64,000 bases of DNA from an uncultured Planctomycetia bacterium (GTDB taxonomy: Bacteria; Omnitrophota; Gorgyraeia; 1-14-0-20-64-10), in the NCBI GenBank assembly GCA_964597545.1, contig CAZQXN010000006.1, forward strand, positions 13,695 to 77,694, read 5' to 3'. The first letter of the stretch is position 1, and the number at the start of each line of letters is the position of its first letter. A program made the translations under genes and the position numbers. The notes beneath the pieces are model-generated. The model did not search any database and had not been told where the DNA came from. It was given only the letters and a program-made list of their open reading frames with translations. This document shows, piece by piece, positions 57,257 through 64,000 of this stretch.

Positions 57257-58304
57257 GACCCATCCCCCCACATTCTCCTGCCCAGCGCCTAAGACCGATC
57301 GCTCCACAGTTCAATTGGCGCACGGCGGCGGCGGTACTTTGATGCGCTCCTTGATCGAAACACTCTTTAAGCCGGCTTTCAGTAACCCAGAGCTAGATCG
57401 TTTGCATGACGGAGCAGTCCTTGAGCTGGGCGGGACCCGTTTTGCTTTTACAACCGATTCCTATGTGGTGCACCCCCTCTTCTTTTCTGGCGGCGATATC
57501 GGCAAGCTGGCGGTCTGCGGCACCCTCAATGACTTGGCGATGTGCGGCGCACGCCCAATAGCTTTGAGTGTAGGCTTCATTTTAGAAGAGGGGCTTCCCA
57601 TGGAGACCCTCAAGCGTGTCGTGGAATCCATGCGGCTCTCAGCAGAGGCGGCCGGGGTCAAGCTGGTCACCGGGGACACCAAGGTGGTGGACAAGGGCAA
57701 GGGGGACGGCCTCTTTATCAACACCGCAGGGATTGGCACCTTGGAGTACAAGGGCACCATCGCACCCGAGAAGATCCAAACCGGCGATGCCATTCTCTTA
57801 AGCGGCGACATCGGCCGCCATGGCATGGCGATCATGGCTGCTCGTGAGGGTTTAAGCTTTGAGGGGGCGATTGAGAGCGACTGTGCGGACCTATCAAGCT
57901 TAATCCAGGAGCTGATCCGCTCTGAAATTGGGATCCACTGTCTGCGGGACCTGACCCGCGGGGGTCTTGCGAGTGCCCTGGTTGAGATTGCCGAGGCTGC
58001 CAAGCGGGATTTGGCCGTTGAAGAACGAGCCATTTCAGTGCGCCAAGAGGTGCAGGGGGCTTGTGAGATCTTGGGACTCGACCCCCTCTATGCTGCCAAT
58101 GAAGGCAGATTCATTGCTTTTGTACCTGAGTCTTGCGCCAAGCAAGCGCTCGCTGTGCTTACGGCACACCCCCTGGGTCAGGGGGCGTCGCAGATTGGCG
58201 CAGTACAAAAGAGCAATCAGGGCCTCGTCACCCTAAAAACCGCCATAGGCGCCAGTCGGCTTGTTGATATGTTAAGCGGCGAGCAGCTCCCGCGAATCTG
58301 CTAA
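57249..58304 (+). CDS. hypE: Hydrogenase maturation factor HypE (carbamoyl dehydratase)
   Basis: AIR-synthase-like fold. LAHGGGG...TDSYVV...GDTKVV...C-terminal PRIC. Confidence 0.85.
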   Translation: MPETHPPTFSCPAPKTDRSTVQLAHGGGGTLMRSLIETLFKPAFSNPELDRLHDGAVLELGGTRFAFTTDSYVVHPLFFSGGDIGKLAVCGTLNDLAMCGARPIALSVGFILEEGLPMETLKRVVESMRLSAEAAGVKLVTGDTKVVDKGKGDGLFINTAGIGTLEYKGTIAPEKIQTGDAILLSGDIGRHGMAIMAAREGLSFEGAIESDCADLSSLIQELIRSEIGIHCLRDLTRGGLASALVEIAEAAKRDLAVEERAISVRQEVQGACEILGLDPLYAANEGRFIAFVPESCAKQALAVLTAHPLGQGASQIGAVQKSNQGLVTLKTAIGASRLVDMLSGEQLPRIC

Positions 58305-58398
58305 CCCGTTATGAACAAAAGAGTTACGGGCCGATCATCCGACCAACAGGATAGGCGATCTCTCCAGATGTTAGTAATAACAGAATCTAGCATACATC

Positions 58399-58428
58399 TT
58401 GATCTTCCAGTTTCCCACCGGGTATACT
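58399..58428 (+). promoter_or_regulatory. sigma70-like promoter of giant gene C (TTGATC-18-TATACT), nearly leaderless
   Basis: -10 TATACT 58423-58428. First in-frame ATG at 58439, so the leader is about 5-10 nt. The upstream TTAGTAATAAC...AATCTAGC box is shared with A and B. Confidence 0.4.
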
Positions 58429-58438
58429 TTACTTATCA

Positions 58439-61400
58439 GTGATGCATATGGTTAAGAGGGGGTTTCTACCCACAACGTTAGCCCTTTTCTTAAGCCTCTC
58501 CCTTGGCTTGTTTGTTGTGAGCGCGACCTTCGGGGAGGCCAAAGAGGAAAGCTGCGCCTTTACGCTGCGCACCCTAGAGACCGCTGAGTTCGCATCCGGC
58601 TTAGAGGAACTGGAGATGCGCCTAACCGAAGATTGGTCTGCAGCCGGTCTGGGGGAGGGCGCAGAGACCGTCCTAGGCATTACCGATACCGTAGCAACTG
58701 TCCAGACACTCCTTCGTGGTGGTACCGTTTTTCTTGGCAGCGTAGGTTTTGAAACAAAAGCAGGCCTGGAGGAATGGACCACCTTGGACTGGAAGAACCC
58801 TGGCTCGATTCGCCATTTTGTTTTAGCAGTTGCAGGCAACAGCCCGAGAACCCCACTGGTCATTCAGGCGATACCTCGCCAATCCGAAAACAAATTTGAT
58901 GTCTTGGTGCATCCAGCGCAGAGCCCTCCACCTGGGTTGCCTGTGCCAGATGCAGCTCAGACGCTCAACCTGGTCTCCCGCCATGATCAGGTCCGTACGG
59001 TTGAGATTCACGGACAGACTCGGCAGGAATTTCCAGCGAATGATTTTTCTCTACTCGAACCTGCTGAGCGCATTGAAATCGCCCGACGACTGAACCGGCT
59101 CTCAGGTGACAGAGGGGTTTGGGTTCGTTTTGTGCTGATTGCGGTTGAGATGGGCAGGCCCGCCCTTAAGGTGATCGCCATGCCTGTTCTGGCCGTTGAC
59201 CCTTCGACCCCTGATGTCGCGCAGGTTGAGTCTGGCCTCGAGGAAACACCCGCTATTCTCAGAAAGGCTCGTGAGGTCATTCAGAAACAAGGGGTACTGT
59301 GGCTTTTTGGCCGTTTCTTAGAGACGAGCGTGGATGACGGAACCCGTGCCCGTTGGGCGCAGCAAGGCATTCACTTCGGGGATAATCGTGCAGGGTACAG
59401 GCAGCTTTTGGGCGTTAACATGCCGGTTGCCGGCCTTGGAACTCCCCATGAGCGCCCCGGACATTTCATTAGGATTGAGAGGTTGGGATATGTACCCGAG
59501 GCAATCGCGGACAGGCAAGACCAGACAGGCGAACGCGATAAGCTCCTCATCACCTATGCCCCTGGCACAAAGGTGGTCCACCGCGCGGAGAAGAGAACAC
59601 GAGAGGTTCCCTCTAAGGCCTTTTGGGGGTTGGCAGGGCGGCTCGGGCGCAAGCAGCAGGAACCCTATGAGACGCAGGTTCAGGAACGGGTAGTTGACAC
59701 GAGCCGGCTTGCCTCCATGGGGGATGTTGCTCGGCCATACGAGGCGCTTACAGGGAGGCTCGATTCCAGTATCGCCTCGCAGAACGCCGTGAGCATCCAA
59801 TACATAGGTTGGACTGCCGGCCCGAGAGGCCAGTATTATTTCATGGTTGTTCTTCCAGAAGAAGACATGGGCGCTGAGCTGGCGGAATGGCTGCGCACCC
59901 ACCCTGAACAGGCACCTGTTCTCATTGAGCAGTTCTATCCTGATTTCTCCGACCTCCGCATTGCTCCTCCGCAGAATGTTGTGGATGTGTATCGGCATAC
60001 TTCTGATGAAGCGCTGAGGTGGTACCAACAGCACCATACCTGGGACGATCCCTTTAATGTATTCCTTGAGACAGTAAGCAGCAACGATGGAGACTTTCGC
60101 GATGAGCGTGGCGTGATAGCCCGGCAGGCCATGGAGCAGTTGTTCCACAAGGAGAGCGTCCCCATTGCTTCGGAGCCAACAGGCACGGGCCTGGAGGAGA
60201 GCGCGTTGCAAGGATTCCTGGTTCCTGCGGCTGTCGGGCCGATGGTGTCGAAGATTATTCCGGTTCCCCAAAGAGGCATCTTGTACGGCATTGAACTGGG
60301 CCATGAAATCCGAGAGGCCGCTTTATTCCCGACCGCCGCACCGGACGAGGCAATCTATAGCCCCACCCGAGGAACGTTGATCTCTCTGGACGCCCATACC
60401 CTGAAGCGCAATAGGGAAGGCCCCAAGGTGGCCCAGGCGCTTGTTTCTGCAGATGGAGAGAATCTCTATGCTGTGGAGGGGTCCACCGGAGTGATGTTGC
60501 GCTTAGATCCGAATACCCTGCAGATGGCGGCCAGAGGCGAACATCCTGCCGAGATGGCTGCCCTTTCTCCGGACGGCAACTCCCTGATCATTGTTGATAA
60601 GCAGACAGGGCAACTGGTTCGATTGGATCTAGAAGATCATCTAAGAGAGGTTGCCCGGAGCGAGGCGGCTGTCGTGCTCGACCCAGATGCTTTTCTGGTG
60701 ACCGATGAGGGGGTATATGCCTTTGATCGGCAGAGGGGCCGGCTTCTTCGTTTTGACCTGAATAACCTCAGTGTTGCGGCGCGGTTTGGTGGGAACTTGA
60801 TTGAGTTTGCAGTGGATCAGGAGTGCAACGCCCTTTTCGCTATTGAAGCGAATGGGTGGGAGCGGCAGATTGTCCGTTTCGACACCGAGGGCGGCGCAGA
60901 GACAGCGCGCACCCCAGAGGGCACTCGGTACGGCACTCCGGTGCTGGGGGCGGACCCCGATGCGCTCTACGCGACCGACATAGACAGAAACGTTGTTGTC
61001 CGGTTTGACGCTGTTGCGTTGACCCGGGAGGCGGCCGGCTTGCCGGAGGAGCTGATGGATGAATATTATCCCTCAACGGTGCCCGGCGTCCTCTTCGGGA
61101 TAAAGCATTCCGCCGCGGAAGGGGAGGGCGTTCCCCTGCTTGCCGATTCGCAGGGGCTTCGGGTGCAGGGGTGGGGACCCACCATCAGCTTGCAATGGCT
61201 GAGAAAGCCCGTTGCGTACGACAACTATTTTTATGCGGCCAATCCAAATTGGGATTTGATGCGCCTGAAGCTCCTCCCTTTTGAAGAGGTTCTGGATTTC
61301 TTTGTTGAGCGGTCCGATTCACTCGGCCTCAATTTTCTTGCTCCTCTCTTGGAACGCGATTTGCGGCAGGCAGCTTCCGATGAGGCGTCATTTCAGGGCC

Positions 61401-63715
61401 GCTACGGAGTTTCGTCCGAAACTGCACTCGGGGAACTTCAGAGGCTGGTTTCGGCACAATTCGAGGAGGGCGACTTTCTGGAGATTGAGCGGCAGGCGGC
61501 AGCGCGGGATATCCTGCTGCGCCTCTCCGATACCGCCGGTTTGGAGGAGGATTGGTTTGAGGTTCATCAATACAGAGACGGCGACAAGACGGCGCTTCTG
61601 GAGGCGTTTGAGAAGCTGAAGGACGCCGCCGTTACATTGGATCAAGAGGAGATAGGACTTATCAAGAGACTCCGCGAAGTCGCCGGTGAGGCTGCAAAAC
61701 GGGTGAAGCGGAAGCAGGACCAAGAATGGCCGGTGGGTTATGTGCCCTCTCCCCTGCAGGATACGGCGCGAGTGTTCAGATTTGCCGAGCTTCAGCCAGG
61801 AGATGAGGTTTTGGATCTGGGCGGTGCAGACGGAAGAGTCGCCTTTCTTGCCGCCTCAGATCTTTTCAGGGCTCACGCTGTCAGTCCTGAGATAAACGAA
61901 TATTTGCTCGATAAAGCCAGAGCCGGCGAGAAGGCTCTGGTGGATGCGCGGTTGATTCCTCAAGGCAGCGTGAAGCTGATGAGAAAGAATTTCATGTTCC
62001 CCAGGTGGAGTGGTTTTAAGCTCATCCACTACTTTTCATTTGGATCCGATATACCTGCCGCAGAGATCTCCGGGAAAGTGCTTGAAGAGCTGGTTGTGGG
62101 CGGGAAGTTTGTTGTGAGGGGCTCCAGGGCAGAGGACCTGCATGCGGGAAAAACCCTTTATGAGGATTTCAGGAGGTTGATGCGCTCAGAGGATTTTGAG
62201 TTTGCGCGGTTGCCGCAATACAGGTCCTGGGTCTTTACCCGCGTTTCAGACAGCGAAAAGCGCGCCGCCGGCCAGGAGGAGGGGGTGGAGCAGCTGGTGG
62301 TGATTGTCCACGCAAGTAAAGCGGCAGGTTTTGATCGCATTGCCAAGATTACCCGCCAAGTCAGGCCGGATATCGAAGTGACACTTCTCGAGGTGCTCAA
62401 CGATGGTAGTTATCGTTTCGATGACCAACCCATGGATTACGATACCTTGGTTGACGAGGTCGACATGCGGCCGAAAACAGCAGGTGTCATGCTGGGTTGG
62501 GACAGCCTTGCCAGCGATTTTGCTCTGCAGCCCGATACCGGGGTAGCGAACCTTCAAATTATCTTCGCAATTGGCCCCAACGCAGATCTTCACCGCAGCC
62601 GGAAGGTCGAGTTGTATCCGGTGATCCACGCCTCACTTGCTACCAAAGACCATACGATTCGGAAGAAGCTCGAGAGGTTTTTGGGCGTTGGCTTGGAGGA
62701 GGAGCAGGCCGATCCGAACCGAGTTCGAGAGGTGATCCGGCGATTAGGGGAGATGTCCGGGAAGATTTCTGTTGCCAAGATTTGGGAACAAACAGAACCG
62801 GAGGAGTTTAAGCTAACGCAGGTTCGTTTTGCTGGTTTTTTCAAGCTTTGGACCATTCATGTGACTGAGGGTCTCGCTGTGTCGAGGAAACCCTCTGGTA
62901 GTTACTCTATGGACCCATCCGGCCAGCGATTTGTCACGGTCGAGGAGGTGCCGGCTGATACTCTGCAAACGTTTGTTGGTGATGAGACGTTGGTTTACCG
63001 TGAAAGCGCTTCCAGTTTGGATGAACCATCAGAGGAAAGCTCTCTGCCTCTTTTGAAGCAGGCTGAAATGGCCTTCTTCAGACGGCTGCTTCAGCGGCAG
63101 TTGTTAGATGCGGTTACTCGCCCCGGAAGAGACCGCCAAGCCCGTCAGACTCTAGAAGCTCTCACCGGCCTGAAGATGGAGGCAGTTGGGAAGTTGCTCA
63201 TAGCTGAAGAAGGAGTGTTCCCTTCAGAATCGACAGATTCTGGCCTGGAGGAAACCACTGTGCGTGAGGTCACCCCGATGGAATTCACCCGCCTCAGCGG
63301 CCAACCCACTCCCCCAGACACCCGCGCGGTCTTGGTGTTCTCCGGCCTGGAGGAGCAGACCCGCGTCCAACTCTTTGCCCAGGCCCCCCTCTTTGCCCCA
63401 TTCGCCCAATGGGCCCAAGACCACTTAGCAGAGCTCCCAGAGGGCCTCTCCCTCTTTGTCCTGCCCCTCCCCGACAACCCATCCCAGCTCCAAGCCCCGG
63501 GCCTGGTCCTTAAAGATGCCCTGCTGAATCTGCCCTTTCCTGCAGACCGCTCCACCCTGCCCATCCTTGAGCGGTACCGCTCCGATCCCCTCCCTGCATT
63601 AGCCCCTGTACTCTACTATGCCTTCACCGGCAAGACCGGCCAGATCAAGGCCTTGATCGGCATGACCTCCTGGATCGACGCCAACGGCAAGCGCATCTTC
63701 GCCTTCTTCGTGTAA
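58439..63715 (+). CDS. Giant secreted modular protein C (1758 aa): signal peptide, YVTN-type beta-propeller repeats, class-I SAM-methyltransferase-like module, GLEE/GQEE-punctuated
   Basis: Signal peptide (LALFLSLSLGLFVVSATFGEA). YVTN-like repeats (LYAVEGSTGVMLRLDPNTL..., LIIVDKQTGQLVRLD...). VLDLGGADGRVAFLAA (MTase motif I-like). Nine GLEE/GQEE boundaries. C-terminus ...IFAFFV. Confidence 0.65.
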   Translation: MMHMVKRGFLPTTLALFLSLSLGLFVVSATFGEAKEESCAFTLRTLETAEFASGLEELEMRLTEDWSAAGLGEGAETVLGITDTVATVQTLLRGGTVFLGSVGFETKAGLEEWTTLDWKNPGSIRHFVLAVAGNSPRTPLVIQAIPRQSENKFDVLVHPAQSPPPGLPVPDAAQTLNLVSRHDQVRTVEIHGQTRQEFPANDFSLLEPAERIEIARRLNRLSGDRGVWVRFVLIAVEMGRPALKVIAMPVLAVDPSTPDVAQVESGLEETPAILRKAREVIQKQGVLWLFGRFLETSVDDGTRARWAQQGIHFGDNRAGYRQLLGVNMPVAGLGTPHERPGHFIRIERLGYVPEAIADRQDQTGERDKLLITYAPGTKVVHRAEKRTREVPSKAFWGLAGRLGRKQQEPYETQVQERVVDTSRLASMGDVARPYEALTGRLDSSIASQNAVSIQYIGWTAGPRGQYYFMVVLPEEDMGAELAEWLRTHPEQAPVLIEQFYPDFSDLRIAPPQNVVDVYRHTSDEALRWYQQHHTWDDPFNVFLETVSSNDGDFRDERGVIARQAMEQLFHKESVPIASEPTGTGLEESALQGFLVPAAVGPMVSKIIPVPQRGILYGIELGHEIREAALFPTAAPDEAIYSPTRGTLISLDAHTLKRNREGPKVAQALVSADGENLYAVEGSTGVMLRLDPNTLQMAARGEHPAEMAALSPDGNSLIIVDKQTGQLVRLDLEDHLREVARSEAAVVLDPDAFLVTDEGVYAFDRQRGRLLRFDLNNLSVAARFGGNLIEFAVDQECNALFAIEANGWERQIVRFDTEGGAETARTPEGTRYGTPVLGADPDALYATDIDRNVVVRFDAVALTREAAGLPEELMDEYYPSTVPGVLFGIKHSAAEGEGVPLLADSQGLRVQGWGPTISLQWLRKPVAYDNYFYAANPNWDLMRLKLLPFEEVLDFFVERSDSLGLNFLAPLLERDLRQAASDEASFQGRYGVSSETALGELQRLVSAQFEEGDFLEIERQAAARDILLRLSDTAGLEEDWFEVHQYRDGDKTALLEAFEKLKDAAVTLDQEEIGLIKRLREVAGEAAKRVKRKQDQEWPVGYVPSPLQDTARVFRFAELQPGDEVLDLGGADGRVAFLAASDLFRAHAVSPEINEYLLDKARAGEKALVDARLIPQGSVKLMRKNFMFPRWSGFKLIHYFSFGSDIPAAEISGKVLEELVVGGKFVVRGSRAEDLHAGKTLYEDFRRLMRSEDFEFARLPQYRSWVFTRVSDSEKRAAGQEEGVEQLVVIVHASKAAGFDRIAKITRQVRPDIEVTLLEVLNDGSYRFDDQPMDYDTLVDEVDMRPKTAGVMLGWDSLASDFALQPDTGVANLQIIFAIGPNADLHRSRKVELYPVIHASLATKDHTIRKKLERFLGVGLEEEQADPNRVREVIRRLGEMSGKISVAKIWEQTEPEEFKLTQVRFAGFFKLWTIHVTEGLAVSRKPSGSYSMDPSGQRFVTVEEVPADTLQTFVGDETLVYRESASSLDEPSEESSLPLLKQAEMAFFRRLLQRQLLDAVTRPGRDRQARQTLEALTGLKMEAVGKLLIAEEGVFPSESTDSGLEETTVREVTPMEFTRLSGQPTPPDTRAVLVFSGLEEQTRVQLFAQAPLFAPFAQWAQDHLAELPEGLSLFVLPLPDNPSQLQAPGLVLKDALLNLPFPADRSTLPILERYRSDPLPALAPVLYYAFTGKTGQIKALIGMTSWIDANGKRIFAFFV

Positions 63716-63775
63716 GATCGGTACTCCAATCGGTACCAGGTACCAAAATCAGAAATCGGTACCTGGTACCAAGCG
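63716..63775. repeat. GGTACC-W-GGTACC palindromic hairpin repeats downstream of giant gene C
   Basis: GATCGGTACTCC partial. AATCGGTACCAGGTACCAA (63732-44) and AATCGGTACCTGGTACCAA (63758-70) are exact reverse complements giving a 13-bp stem. Confidence 0.7.
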
Positions 63776-63798
63776 CTATACGTTATGATGGTGTTGCG

Positions 63799-64000
63799 AT
63801 GAGGATCAAAGAGAGCTTTCTGGCATGGGTTGTGCGGCGTAAGCGCTTTGTGCGTATGGTCACCGTGCTTTTCCTGGTGATTTACTGCATCCCCATGCTT
63901 GCCGGCACGTTGGCGATCGGGCGGATGAAGCGGGAGATGAAGGAGAAGCTTTCCATGACCGCCGAGTCCATCTCCTGGCGCTGGCCCATGGAGTTTGTGG
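63799..64000 (+). CDS. Hypothetical membrane protein, N-terminal fragment (runs off window end)
   Basis: ATG at 63799 opens MRIKESFLAWVVRRKRFVRMVTVLFLVIYCIPMLAGTLAIG... with one TM helix. No stop before the window end. Confidence 0.3.
   Translation, partial: MRIKESFLAWVVRRKRFVRMVTVLFLVIYCIPMLAGTLAIGRMKREMKEKLSMTAESISWRWPMEFV

Noticed and set aside
58305-58340. Inverted repeat CCCGTTA...TTACGGG after hypE as an intrinsic terminator
   Set aside because: Stem of only about 5-6 bp with a mismatch and no following T-run.
1-64000. The 12-mer GGTGTTGCGATG occurs at both window ends (5-16 and 63790-63801), hinting at a terminal direct repeat
   Set aside because: A single 12-mer match, with no extended similarity on either side. 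Most likely chance.

Overview
High-GC (about 60%) bacterial chromosomal segment, probably from an anaerobic H2-oxidising organism. All calls come from reading the six-frame translations and the DNA by eye; no searches were run.

Layout:
- 1-7.6 kb: a glycosylation / peptide-modification-like cluster (S24/S26 peptidase-GNAT fusion, PqqD-family RRE, three GT2 glycosyltransferases, a tandem-GNAT protein, an HprK-related kinase).
- 7.6-8.4 kb: tRNA-Leu followed by a low-GC islet with a free-standing LAGLIDADG endonuclease.
- 9.3-15.7 kb: housekeeping genes: smpB with an adjacent tmRNA, amidase, murI, queC, queE, rph, rdgB.
- 15.6-19.7 kb: AsmA-family protein, then tRNA-Pro, tRNA-Arg and tRNA-His.
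- 19.7-21.65 kb: a low-GC islet at tRNA-His carrying BrnT/BrnA and HigB/HigA toxin-antitoxin pairs, with partial repeats of the tRNA-His 3' end.
- 21.7-22.6 kb: a CDF metal transporter.

The core of the window is three giant paralogous ORFs (1999, 1625 and 1758 aa) with Sec signal peptides and modular architecture (WD40 or YVTN beta-propellers, an MTase-like domain). They are punctuated about 30 times by an [AST]G[QL]EE motif. They are driven by similar sigma70-like promoters. Each is followed immediately by tandem GGTACC-W-GGTACC palindromic hairpin repeats. One further copy of the palindrome sits in-frame inside queE. A small ORF6N-domain DNA-binding gene is flanked by the same palindromes.

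The giant genes interleave with two paralogous hdrCBA-mvhDGA (heterodisulfide reductase / [NiFe] hydrogenase) operons. The first operon is interrupted in-operon by korABCD (2-oxoacid:ferredoxin oxidoreductase) and a soluble FrdB/FrdA-like fumarate reductase pair. This suggests an H2-driven electron-bifurcating module that would feed a reductive TCA cycle. The second operon is followed by the hydrogenase maturation genes hycI-like protease, a HypA-HypF fusion, hypC, hypD and hypE.

No CRISPR array or cas genes were seen.
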